18,139 nt of DNA, taken from contig JAWAQR010000023.1 in the NCBI GenBank assembly GCA_038893835.1, positions 1-18,139 of the forward strand, given 5' to 3'. Source of the stretch: Archaeoglobaceae archaeon (GTDB lineage: Archaea > Halobacteriota > Archaeoglobi > Archaeoglobales > Archaeoglobaceae). Shown here one piece after another: positions 1 through 8,569 of the stretch. Made by a program: the position numbers and the translations under genes. The notes under the pieces are model-generated. The model had not been told where the DNA came from. It saw only the letters and a program-made list of their open reading frames with translations, and did no database searches. The stretch's first letter is position 1, and each line of letters starts with the position of its first letter.

Positions 1-323
1 TTATACAAAATTTCACAATCGCGCCAGTCGCTGGTGTTATTACTCAACGACACAGGGCAATTATAGCTCGTGTTGACACTGCCGTTGAGGTATAAGTAAA
101 CAGTACCACTAAGCGTATCAGTAAGATTGGTATTCTTCAGATAAACCTTTGTAATGTTAACGTTCAACTCCTTGAGCGCCACTGCTGGTGGTACTGGTTC
201 AACTTTGAAATCTAGGAGATAAAGCCCTGATTCGTTTAAGGTAACGTTGTTTGTTGGTTGCGCCATCGCTGGAGTCACTAACAACGCTAACAGCACTAAA
301 CCTATCAACCCATACCTTTTCAT
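1..323 (-). CDS. Secreted/cell-surface (S-layer-like) glycoprotein, N-terminal part; runs off the window edge
   Basis: Not in the ORF track. Manual translation from ATG 323: MKRYGLIGLVLLALLVTPAMA|QPTNNVTLNESGLYLLDFKVEPVPPAVALKELNVNITKVYLKNTNLTDTLSGTVYLYLNGSVNTSYNCPVSLSNNTSDWRDCEILY..., open to base 1. Sec signal peptide (basic n-region, hydrophobic h-region, AMA cleavage site), 8 N-X-S/T sequons, SD GGAGGT upstream. Confidence 0.85.
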   Translation of the reverse strand, partial: MKRYGLIGLVLLALLVTPAMAQPTNNVTLNESGLYLLDFKVEPVPPAVALKELNVNITKVYLKNTNLTDTLSGTVYLYLNGSVNTSYNCPVSLSNNTSDWRDCEILY

Positions 324-346
324 CCTCTCAACCTCCTACGAGATTT

Positions 347-377
347 GCGGCGAGTATAGCTTTGGCTATCCCGCCGC
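347..377 (-). promoter_or_regulatory. GC-rich stem-loop at the predicted 5' end of the surface-protein mRNA
   Basis: Minus strand reads GCGGCG-GG-ATAGC-caaa-GCTAT-A-CT-CGCCGC: a 13-bp stem with one G-U pair and one bulged A, in an AT-rich context. Confidence 0.7.
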
Positions 378-399
378 CAAAAATTAGTGATAGTTCTTG

Positions 400-413
400 T
401 ATATAAGCTTTTC
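400..413 (-). promoter_or_regulatory. Archaeal BRE/TATA promoter of the surface-protein gene
   Basis: Minus strand gggaaaagc-TTATATA (TATA at 406-400) with a purine-rich BRE. Predicted TSS about 378, at the foot of the hairpin. Confidence 0.65.
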
Positions 414-439
414 CCAGCTTTATTACGACTAATGACGAA

Positions 440-1222
440 TTAAAGTTCGACAATCTCGAAAAGCTGAGAGATCAAGAACCCCGCTATCGCTCCAGCATTT
501 ACAAAAGGCAATCCAGCATGAACTCCTCCCCTTTTCTCAACAAAATGAATCAGAAAGAGCATTCCGAAAAGGCTGCCAAGGATTGTGAATAGAGCTGGAA
601 TCTTGATATAAAAAATTGCTGGAGCATTTGTGAATTTTTGAGCTGAAACAGAAAGAATTGCTGGCATCACCATGTCTCCAACGCCTATCATCATTTTTTC
701 CTCACCTTTCGGGATTACAAAGAACATTGGAACATTTATCCTTGCAATCGAATCCGCCAAACTTATCATATGCCCGGTTTTATAAACGGAAATCGAATCG
801 TAAATTGCAAGAATTGTGAGGAGAAAGATGACGAAGATTGGACTAAGGCTTATTCCGAACATCGTAGCAATTCCAACTGAGATTAGAAAAGCTGAGATGT
901 TCAAAATCATCCAGTTTGGTCTTTTTATCAGCAAAAAAAGGATTATAGCTGAAATGAAAGGTGAAAAAATCCCGATGAATGGAAGAAGAACATAGAAAAT
1001 GGCGACAAAGGTTAAAGAATAAAGAATTAAAGAAAGAAGCTTTGACTTTGCAATTAAAAGAATCACAGCTGTGAAGGAAAAGATGAGGATTAGATAAAAA
1101 ATAGGATTCAAAGGATCTTCTGGATTTTCGAAGACGATCATTCCCGCAGATTCGTATGGAGAAATGCTCAGGACGGAGAACAGATTTACCAACAAAAATA
1201 TGGCTGCAAATATGTATCTCAA
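440..1222 (-). CDS. Presenilin/SPP-family intramembrane aspartyl protease (PSH)
   Basis: Multi-TM protein with catalytic YD (LAIYDSISV), GxGD (IGVGDMVMP) and PAL-equivalent AGL (HAGLPFVN). TTG start overlaps the upstream stop (TTGA), with SD GGTGA. Confidence 0.92.
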   Translation of the reverse strand: MRYIFAAIFLLVNLFSVLSISPYESAGMIVFENPEDPLNPIFYLILIFSFTAVILLIAKSKLLSLILYSLTFVAIFYVLLPFIGIFSPFISAIILFLLIKRPNWMILNISAFLISVGIATMFGISLSPIFVIFLLTILAIYDSISVYKTGHMISLADSIARINVPMFFVIPKGEEKMMIGVGDMVMPAILSVSAQKFTNAPAIFYIKIPALFTILGSLFGMLFLIHFVEKRGGVHAGLPFVNAGAIAGFLISQLFEIVEL

Positions 1223-2982
1223 TCGATCACCTTAAGCTTTATCTTTGCCCCTTTGCTCAAAGCTATCCTCAAACTTCTTCCCGCTTCCTTATCCTTTCTT
1301 ATCTTCACTATCCCCTTATTGCTGACTAAGGCTGAAAATAGGAATTCGCCATCCGCATAAACGTCGACGGTCTTTCCTTCGTAACCGTTTGCATGGATGA
1401 AGTAATATTTATCAGTCTCCTCTATTCTGAAATCTTTCACTTCCTCCTCCTTCGGAGTTATTTCAATTGAGATCCTAAGCTCGTCCTCAAGCTTCTTTAT
1501 CTTCTTCCCCTTCCTTCCAATAATTCTTCCAATCTTATCCTTCGGCACCTTAACTACAGCCCTTCTCCCGCTTACGATCACTTCAAAGTCATCCAGAATC
1601 TTTGAAAGTCTATCCGAAAGAACGTTCTTAACCCTTTCATCGCTCTCTATTGGCATCACGACGACTTGCTCTCCAAATGTGTAGATCTCGTACTCAACCT
1701 TCTTAGTCTCAAAATCCCTCACCTCTATCACCGGTCTGGCTAGATCTGATTCGAACATTCCCTCCGGAACTTTAACGATGAAGTCCAGCTCGTATACCTT
1801 TGCAATTTTTCCAGCTTCTATGAAGATGACAGTATCAACAACTTGTGGAATTATTCCGAGCTCAACTCTGCCTATCATCCTTTGAATCGCATCTATAGCC
1901 CTTGTTGCATGTGTCACTCCAATCATCCCAACTCCAGCCATTCTCATGTCTGCAAAAACTTGGAAATCGGAGGTTTTTCTAAGCTCATCGTATATCGTAT
2001 AATCAGGTCTTACCAATAAAAGGATGTCTGCAGTTAGGCTCATGTCTCCTTCTAGTGGAGAATACTGGGTTATCTCATCCCTCACCATCAAATCTCTTGG
2101 ACTCTCCATGGTTTTAACGACATACCCATTTTCAAGCAGATAATTGGCAATACTTGCAGCAAATGTAGACTTTCCAGCCCCAGGTGGACCTGCAATAAGA
2201 ATTCCTCTCTGCTTCTCCACTATTCTTTTCTTCAGCTCCTCGCTAACTCCATAATCTTCCAGGCTAACATTTGCAATTGGTCTCACAGCAGTTATCTCCA
2301 TCCTATCCGAGAACGGTCTTTCAGCGATTGCTATCCTTATATCTCGAAGCTGTACAACCGTTGCCCCTTTTCTCTCAATCTCTATACTACTCTCCTCATC
2401 CTGCTTTGCAGCCTCTATTATTTCTTCAGCAATTTCCAGGATTTCCTCATAGCTCATAGGCTCATCCCTTAGCTTTACAACTTTCAAATTCCCTATTCTT
2501 CCCCTCTTAGCAAAAGGCGGTACTCCTTCGCGGAGATGGACGCTGGCAGTATCGGGGGTGAAGAAGGAAACTATTTTTGTCTCCTCAGGCCTTATAACTC
2601 TTGGCTTTAAATATATAGTCTCAACACCCTTTATCTTCGAAACAAGACTTTGAACTTTATCAGAAGTAAGAAGAATTGCATTCTTCTCTCTCGCAACTTC
2701 CCTTATCATGTTGTCCAATTCTCCACTTCTCGCAAGCTTTATCTCTTCAATTCCAGGTCTTCTTCCAGCAAATTCTATCCTTATTCCTCTTTCCTTTGCC
2801 AAATTCACTATTTTCTCGATTTCAGACAAACCCTTAAAGCCACTAATCCTTCCAAGATTTGCCTGAGCTTCTAGTTCTGCTAAAACAACCTCAGGAATTA
2901 TTATCTCTTCAACCTTTTCTCTTTCAATGAACTCCGAAATCATTCCAGATACAACAACACTCGTATCAACAACTATCCTCAT
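1219..2982 (-). CDS. PINc/VapC-family ATPase with C-terminal KH domain (PINA-type)
   Basis: N-terminal PIN ([10 protein letters not shown]...LAELE...ELD...TSD), Walker [15 protein letters not shown], Walker B YDELR, KH GxxG ([10 protein letters not shown]). Start moved to ATG 2982, behind SD GGAGGT. Confidence 0.92.
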   Translation of the reverse strand: MRIVVDTSVVVSGMISEFIEREKVEEIIIPEVVLAELEAQANLGRISGFKGLSEIEKIVNLAKERGIRIEFAGRRPGIEEIKLARSGELDNMIREVAREKNAILLTSDKVQSLVSKIKGVETIYLKPRVIRPEETKIVSFFTPDTASVHLREGVPPFAKRGRIGNLKVVKLRDEPMSYEEILEIAEEIIEAAKQDEESSIEIERKGATVVQLRDIRIAIAERPFSDRMEITAVRPIANVSLEDYGVSEELKKRIVEKQRGILIAGPPGAGKSTFAASIANYLLENGYVVKTMESPRDLMVRDEITQYSPLEGDMSLTADILLLVRPDYTIYDELRKTSDFQVFADMRMAGVGMIGVTHATRAIDAIQRMIGRVELGIIPQVVDTVIFIEAGKIAKVYELDFIVKVPEGMFESDLARPVIEVRDFETKKVEYEIYTFGEQVVVMPIESDERVKNVLSDRLSKILDDFEVIVSGRRAVVKVPKDKIGRIIGRKGKKIKKLEDELRISIEITPKEEEVKDFRIEETDKYYFIHANGYEGKTVDVYADGEFLFSALVSNKGIVKIRKDKEAGRSLRIALSKGAKIKLKVID

Positions 2983-3295
2983 CCCCCAACCTCCTGAAGA
3001 AGCAGCTTTTATTTCCTGTGTGACAGGCATTTCCTTTTTGTTCAACTATATATAATAAGCTATCGCAGTCGCAATCGACTCTTATCTCAACGATTCTCTG
3101 CACATTACCACTGCTTTCCCCCTTCATCCAAAGCTTTTTCCTACTCCTGCTCCAATAATGAGCGTAACCAGTTTCTATTGTTTTCCTTATTGCCTCCTCA
3201 TTAGCATATGCGAGCATGAGAACTTCCTTGCTGTTAAAATCTTGGACAACGACAGGAATGAGACCATCGATGAACTTTAGCTTTGAGAGATCCAT
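2966..3295 (-). CDS. hisI: Phosphoribosyl-AMP cyclohydrolase
   Basis: [31 protein letters not shown] and [10 protein letters not shown] signatures. Start most likely ATG 3295 (track gives 3313). Confidence 0.96.
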   Translation of the reverse strand: MDLSKLKFIDGLIPVVVQDFNSKEVLMLAYANEEAIRKTIETGYAHYWSRSRKKLWMKGESSGNVQRIVEIRVDCDCDSLLYIVEQKGNACHTGNKSCFFRRLGDEDSC

Positions 3296-3320
3296 GAAGA
3301 TTTCTCTGAGCATAAAATAT

Positions 3321-4184
3321 TTATGGCTTCAAAGCTCCCAACTTGATCCTTAGCTTGCAGAAAGCACAGATTTCTCCAGTGGAAATCTCTCCACATATCG
3401 AACATTTTTTCGCCTCTGGCATTTCCCTTGATTTAACCAAAAGACCTCTGAGAAAGTTTTTTACAAATCCCGGCTTCCTTCGCTCTATCTCATATACTAT
3501 TTCCTTCCAATCCGGTTTCGGAGCATAAGGGCAGTCCTCAAACTTTATCGGCAATTTCTTTAAAACAGCGTAAAGCATGTTCTCCTTCTCGCTCATCTCA
3601 AATATTGGCTTAGCTTTTGCAACGACCATTTCGCTAAATGGTTCTATTCTTGGCAAAAGTTTCTCAGCATACTCTTTCTGTCCACCAGCTATGTTTTTCA
3701 GATAAAATGAAACTATATCTTCAGCCGTATGACCAGTTGCGACTACTGAAAAACCTTTTTCTCTTGCAAATCTGTTCATTATATACCTCTTCGCAATTCC
3801 ACAAGCAGAACAGGTCTTGGATTTTACATCAGAAATTTCAAAACCATATTCATGAAGAGAGATAACGTAAAGCTCTCTGTCAAGGATCTCGGCTAATTCT
3901 TCAACTTTTTTTCTAGAATCCTTAGAATAGTTCCCAATTCCAAGGTCTATGTGGAGCATCGAGAAATCATAGCCAATATCTCGCAAAACGCATGCCATTG
4001 CAGCACTATCTTTTCCTCCAGAGACTGCTAACAAGATCTTGTCATTTTTCCTAAAGATGCTGTACTTCTTTATCGACCTCTCAACAAGTTTTCGATAGAA
4101 TTTCAAAAAGCATCCCCCACAAAGCGCAATTCTGTATGCTCTCAAATTCGTTACAGCCTTTTCTCCGCACTTCCTGCATTTCAT
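3321..4184 (-). CDS. TtuA/Ncs6-family tRNA 2-thiolation protein (PP-loop ATPase, Fe-S)
   Basis: N-terminal Zn finger (CRKC...CGGC), PP-loop SGGKDS, central CSAC plus DCPY cluster ligands, ATGH, C-terminal Zn finger (CSIC...CAFC). Confidence 0.88.
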   Translation of the reverse strand: MKCRKCGEKAVTNLRAYRIALCGGCFLKFYRKLVERSIKKYSIFRKNDKILLAVSGGKDSAAMACVLRDIGYDFSMLHIDLGIGNYSKDSRKKVEELAEILDRELYVISLHEYGFEISDVKSKTCSACGIAKRYIMNRFAREKGFSVVATGHTAEDIVSFYLKNIAGGQKEYAEKLLPRIEPFSEMVVAKAKPIFEMSEKENMLYAVLKKLPIKFEDCPYAPKPDWKEIVYEIERRKPGFVKNFLRGLLVKSREMPEAKKCSICGEISTGEICAFCKLRIKLGALKP

Positions 4185-5641
4185 ATCCTCAGATTTGGAA
4201 TTAAGATCATCAAGATTATGGAAAAGAATATGAAAATGGCCAAAGCTTTCGATATTTCAGATGAAATTCTCTCCCCTTTCTCCCCCATTCTCCTCAAAAG
4301 CCATGAAATTGTTTCCTGAAATACCCTTCCACCGTCTAAAGGAATTGCTGGAAGGCAGTTGAATAAGGCTACATAAAAGTTTATCCAGGCAATCCAGTAT
4401 AGGGAGTTAAGAATCCAAAAGACGTAGATGGAGTTTTCAAAATACGTCTCAATTCCACTAAATCCCTGAAAAGTGAAGGGCATGGATATGATCAAAATCC
4501 ATCCAAACGGATTTTTTAAGTGCGATGGAATTTCTTCAAGTGCCGAAATCAACTTCCTAGAATTGATAAAGTTAATTCCACCGACGCAGTCAAAGTTTGA
4601 GACGTAAACTCCCATGAATGCCCTTCCACTTTGTTCAACAAGCTTTAATTTAAAAATCCTGAAATCGTTTATCTTTGGATCATAAACTTCCAAAAGAATT
4701 TCCTCTCCAGCTCTTTTTTTTGCCATTTCTTCGCGGAATTCCAATATATTTTGAATCTTTTTCCCATCTATCCCGGTTATCACCATTCCCTTCTCTATTC
4801 CAGCCAATTCGGCTGGAAAAACTCCATTTCTATACAGACCAACTATCTTAACTCCAAAAACGCCAAAGAATGAAACGTTATGCCTTCCAGTTGAATTTTC
4901 CAAGATCATGTAATTCCACTCTCTCTCCTTAACAAGCGATGCCATATCTTCCGCCCTATTTCCATTAACTTCCAGAACCTTCCCAATCAGCTTTCCGCTG
5001 TCATCTACAACTGCAATGGTCGGATTTAAAGTTGGAAGAATGTTTAAGAATAAAAAGAAGGCGAAAAAGGCTACAAAGAAGTTTCCAGTGATGCCGGCAG
5101 AATATATCCTTATCCTAGATATCTTACTAACTCTCTTATCAAGCAGCTCCTTTTCATCTGGCTCCGCAAATGCTCCTATGGGAAAAAGGGCAAAGATTAA
5201 ACCCAGAGATTTTACCTTTATCCCCTCAACTCTGCAGAGAATTGCATGACTAAATTCATGGACGATGATTGCAACAACCAAGCCTATGAATCCCCAGAGC
5301 AATGGAATAAATGGATTTATTCCAGGAATTAAAAGCGCTGCCTGAGGACTTGTAAGCTCTGAAGGCTGGGGAGGAGAAATAAGCATTATAATGTCTGCGA
5401 GAATTATTAAGAAGAACATGAATGCCATTCCAAGGAATAATGCCGGTATCCCTATATTTGCAAAAATCCTCCAGAAATTCTTCACCCTTGCAAGCTTTTC
5501 TACAGTTTCAAGACCTCTTTGCGTTCTGAAGAGCAATATGGGACCATAATTTTTCATTCCATACTTTTCCAATATACCTTTTACCCTCAAAACCTCCAGC
5601 GCGATCCAGTATGCGATGAAAGGAACAAGCAGCCAGAGCAT
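4181..5641 (-). CDS. Site-2 protease (peptidase M50) with PDZ domain
   Basis: HEFSH Zn motif within a TM helix, GAFAEPD, NCLPAIPLDGG, and PDZ-like PAELAGIEKGMVITGIDGKKI. Confidence 0.93.
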   Translation of the reverse strand: MLWLLVPFIAYWIALEVLRVKGILEKYGMKNYGPILLFRTQRGLETVEKLARVKNFWRIFANIGIPALFLGMAFMFFLIILADIIMLISPPQPSELTSPQAALLIPGINPFIPLLWGFIGLVVAIIVHEFSHAILCRVEGIKVKSLGLIFALFPIGAFAEPDEKELLDKRVSKISRIRIYSAGITGNFFVAFFAFFLFLNILPTLNPTIAVVDDSGKLIGKVLEVNGNRAEDMASLVKEREWNYMILENSTGRHNVSFFGVFGVKIVGLYRNGVFPAELAGIEKGMVITGIDGKKIQNILEFREEMAKKRAGEEILLEVYDPKINDFRIFKLKLVEQSGRAFMGVYVSNFDCVGGINFINSRKLISALEEIPSHLKNPFGWILIISMPFTFQGFSGIETYFENSIYVFWILNSLYWIAWINFYVALFNCLPAIPLDGGRVFQETISWLLRRMGEKGERISSEISKALAIFIFFSIILMILIPNLRI

Positions 5642-5672
5642 TGAAAAGAGGGGACTTCAGTAAATAAAAAGT

Positions 5673-5846
5673 TTAGGTATATTCCTTGACCACCTCGGCA
5701 AGTATCTCTCCCTTCCCACCTGTTGGCTTCGCTATCGTCCTCCCACAGACCAGGCATTTCACAAGCGTTGATGGATGATCGAAAATTATCTGCTCATGTT
5801 CGCAATCTGGGCACTTTACTCTGATGAACTTGCTCTTCTTTGGCAT
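5673..5846 (-). CDS. rps27e: 30S ribosomal protein S27e
   Basis: Below the ORF-track length cutoff. Manual translation: MPKKSKFIRVKCPDCEHEQIIFDHPSTLVKCLVCGRTIAKPTGGKGEILAEVVKEYT (57 aa), with a C4 Zn ribbon and PTGGK. Directly after rpl44e, SD GAGGTGA. Confidence 0.96.
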   Translation of the reverse strand: MPKKSKFIRVKCPDCEHEQIIFDHPSTLVKCLVCGRTIAKPTGGKGEILAEVVKEYT

Positions 5847-5850
5847 CAAA

Positions 5851-6132
5851 TCACCTCTCTATGAGTTCAAACCTCTTAACTCTCCAAGTTTTCCTAGAAT
5901 GTGCCTTCTTGCAAACTGTGCACCTGAACCTTATGTTCACCCTCTTCGTCGGCTTATCTCCACCAGGAACTTTGCTGAACTTACCAAGGTTTCCAACCTT
6001 TCCTCTTCTCCTTTTTTGCCTGTTTATCCATTTCAGTGGACTCGGTTTTCCTTTACCAACCTTTTCAACTTCATGAAGCGTATGCTTCCTGCAGTATTTA
6101 CAAAAAGTCATCACCTTCTTGGGATACTTCAT
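5851..6132 (-). CDS. rpl44e: 50S ribosomal protein L44e
   Basis: MKYPKKVMTFCKYCRKHTLHEV...KPTKR...RCTVCKKAH: basic Zn-finger ribosomal protein. Confidence 0.96.
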   Translation of the reverse strand: MKYPKKVMTFCKYCRKHTLHEVEKVGKGKPSPLKWINRQKRRRGKVGNLGKFSKVPGGDKPTKRVNIRFRCTVCKKAHSRKTWRVKRFELIER

Positions 6133-6638
6133 TATCCTTTCACCTCTATTTTTTCAGCCATACCACTCTTTATCAGCACTTCCGCATTTTCAGCTGGGAG
6201 AGTGGCAACATCTTCCTTTCTCAATTTATATCTTTTTCCATCGATTCCAAGAATTTCAACATCCTTCTTAATCCTGACAAGTACTCTACTAATTTTGACC
6301 TTTTTTTCCTCAAAAACTTCTCTTCGAAAGCTTTCTATTAGTTCTATCAGCTTTCTAAAGAAAATCTTCTCCGCTTCTATAAGGTTCTCCTCATTGAAAC
6401 TAACTTCCTGTCCACAAACCTCTGCCCATGCTGCGTTTATGATTTTACCAGTTCTAAGTTCAAACAATTTTTTCTGTAAACGTTTTAAAGTTCTGATTTC
6501 ATCCTCAACCCTCTCATCTTCCTTTCTCTTCTCCTCAAGCTCTTCAATTCTTTTTCTAACTTTTTCATAAAAATCCTCATCAATTTTGCTCAACTGTGAC
6601 CTATTTTTGTCGATCAGGATAAGGAACTCTTCAATCAT
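6132..6638 (-). CDS. DNA replication GINS-family protein (Gins15/Gins51 type)
   Basis: Helical A domain (LSKIDEDFYEKVR...LFELRTGKII...NLIEAEK) followed by a beta-rich B domain (VRIKKDVEILGIDGKRYKLRKEDVATLPAENAEVLIKSG). Canonical position upstream of rpl44e-rps27e. Start ATG 6638 or TTG 6647. Confidence 0.82.
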   Translation of the reverse strand: MIEEFLILIDKNRSQLSKIDEDFYEKVRKRIEELEEKRKEDERVEDEIRTLKRLQKKLFELRTGKIINAAWAEVCGQEVSFNEENLIEAEKIFFRKLIELIESFRREVFEEKKVKISRVLVRIKKDVEILGIDGKRYKLRKEDVATLPAENAEVLIKSGMAEKIEVKG

Positions 6639-6664
6639 ATCAACCAAATAACTTCGGGAAGATA

Positions 6665-7345
6665 TTAAGCATTACCCAAGCTCCTGAATACTTCATACAT
6701 TACAATTCCACAAGCAACTGAAAGATTCAGCGATTTAACCTTTCCAACTCCAGGAATTCTCACTATCTCATCACAGAGATTTTTAACACCTCTGGAAATC
6801 CCCTTATCCTCTCCACCGATGACGAGAACAACTGGCGGACTCATGCTAAACTTTCTCATATCTTCTCCATCTAAATCAGCTGCGATTATGAAGAAGCCCA
6901 TCTTCTTCAGCTTTTTAACAACGCTTGGGAGATTTTCCTCTCTCGCAATTTTAACATGAAAAACAGCTCCAGAAGAAGCTCTAACAACTCCTTCAGTTAT
7001 CCCAGCTGCCCTTCTTTTCCTTATCACCACTCCAGAACAGCCAAAAAACTCCGCAGTTCTTATACAGGCTCCAAGATTTTGTGGATCGTTTACGTTGTCT
7101 AGGATGAGAATGAAACCTTTCCTTAGCATTGCATCTCTAGCAATCTCATCGACGCTCAAAAAGCTTATAGGAGATATTTCTGCGCATATCTTTTCATCCA
7201 TCCTTGTCTTATAACACGGAACCTTTTCTTTCCTAGCCAATTCCAGCACATCTTTAATCCTTCCACTCTCTTCAGAATAGTAAATTTTCTGGACTCTCCC
7301 AGCTTTCAGTGCTTCCATCACGCTGTTGACACCACATATCTTCAT
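6665..7345 (-). CDS. TrmH/SpoU (RlmB-like) 2'-O-ribose RNA methyltransferase
   Basis: SPOUT motifs LDNVNDPQNLGACIRTA, LVIGGEDKGIS and IPGVGKVKSLNLSVA. Short N-terminal GVNSVMEAL substrate domain. Confidence 0.92.
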   Translation of the reverse strand: MKICGVNSVMEALKAGRVQKIYYSEESGRIKDVLELARKEKVPCYKTRMDEKICAEISPISFLSVDEIARDAMLRKGFILILDNVNDPQNLGACIRTAEFFGCSGVVIRKRRAAGITEGVVRASSGAVFHVKIAREENLPSVVKKLKKMGFFIIAADLDGEDMRKFSMSPPVVLVIGGEDKGISRGVKNLCDEIVRIPGVGKVKSLNLSVACGIVMYEVFRSLGNA

Positions 7346-7366
7346 AGAAATAAGTTCGCAATTAGG

Positions 7367-8569
7367 TTAAAGTCTCTTTTCTTTTACAAAGATTATGCAG
7401 AAAAGGGAAATGATTGATGTAATCAAACAGAACTCAAAGGAAAGCTTGTATGCTTCGACAGGATATCTGTCACCATGTTTCCCAACGAAGTCCATGAGAT
7501 ACCCCATTACCGTTTGAAAAACTCCCGCACCGATGAAGGGAAAGACGTTGATGAAGCTGACAGCCAAACCAGTCATCCTAGGAGGAAATTGCTCCTTAAC
7601 AATTGTATAAGCTATTGGTCCTGCACTGGAAAATAGGCCAAGGAGGAATGAGATCACACATAGCTCGATTATCTCAAGATTTGCCGGAAAGATTGCTAAA
7701 GGCAACCAGAAAAGTGTGAAACCTATTCCACAAAAGATCAAGATTACCTTTCTTTTACCCATGCAATCAGACAAGAATCCTAGCACTGGCGAGCCAACGA
7801 TGCTGCCGATTCCAAAAAGCATCAAAATCGTTCCAACCATCGTTTTTGAAAGATTATAGACATCCATGAGAAATGGGCCTCCCCAAAGACCTTGAAAACC
7901 CATTACAACGCCATATCTTAGCATAGATGATGATGCCAAAAGCCAAAGGGATGAATTTTTGAGGAGGAGTTTGAAATCATCCCTCCTCAAATCTTCTCTT
8001 TTTATACTGATCGGAGAATCTTTAACAAAAAGGATCGAAAGGATCAAAAGAAAGGCTGTTATTATGCCAATAAGAACAAAGGAAAGTCTCCAACCAATGA
8101 TTTCAATCGAAAGAGCCAATGGATAAGATGAAGAAATTGCACCAAGATTACCGACTGCAAAGAGTAATCCCATAGCAGTTGCAAATTCTTTCGCTTTAAA
8201 CCAATGAGAAAGTATTTTTACGCTTGGAATGTAAACTCCAGAAACCCCAATACCAATTAAAAGGCGAGAAAAAATCACTGTTTCGTAGTTTGGAGAAAAG
8301 GCGAACAGAAAGATGCCAAAAAGGGAAATTAAGGTAAAGATTATGATGACCTTTTTGGCTCCTTTTGTGTCTGTGAGAATTCCAACGGGAATTTGAAGGA
8401 TTGCGTAGGGATAAAAGTAAAGGGATGAAAAGATTCCAACAACGAGAGCAGAAATAAAAAATTCTCTCATCAAATCACTGGCTATAACTGCTGGAGAAGT
8501 GCGATGAAAGTAAACGAAGAAGTATATTCCAGAAAGAATTGCAAAAACGATCCATTTATTTGATTTCAA
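7367..8569 (-). CDS. Major facilitator superfamily transporter
   Basis: About 12 TM helices; motif A variants GILTDTKGAKK and GFLSDCMGKRK; YFHRTSPAV in TM1. Start uncertain (TTG 8569 or 8596); both overlap the pelota 3' end. Confidence 0.9.
   Translation of the reverse strand: MKSNKWIVFAILSGIYFFVYFHRTSPAVIASDLMREFFISALVVGIFSSLYFYPYAILQIPVGILTDTKGAKKVIIIFTLISLFGIFLFAFSPNYETVIFSRLLIGIGVSGVYIPSVKILSHWFKAKEFATAMGLLFAVGNLGAISSSYPLALSIEIIGWRLSFVLIGIITAFLLILSILFVKDSPISIKREDLRRDDFKLLLKNSSLWLLASSSMLRYGVVMGFQGLWGGPFLMDVYNLSKTMVGTILMLFGIGSIVGSPVLGFLSDCMGKRKVILIFCGIGFTLFWLPLAIFPANLEIIELCVISFLLGLFSSAGPIAYTIVKEQFPPRMTGLAVSFINVFPFIGAGVFQTVMGYLMDFVGKHGDRYPVEAYKLSFEFCLITSIISLFCIIFVKEKRL

Noticed and set aside
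1219-2982. Toxin-antitoxin or secretion/defence system suggested by PIN plus PilT-like ATPase
   Set aside because: PIN-ATPase-KH is the conserved archaeal housekeeping PINA architecture, and no antitoxin or pilus genes are nearby.
2983-3045. N-terminal extension of the PINA ORF
   Set aside because: Lies inside hisI. The PIN domain begins at MRIVVDTS, with a good SD before ATG 2982.
5824-6570. 248-aa plus-strand ORF (also 5840-6076 and 6036-6341)
   Set aside because: Antisense to rpl44e and gins. The S/F/L-rich composition is what the reverse complement of K/E-rich genes gives; no motif or SD.
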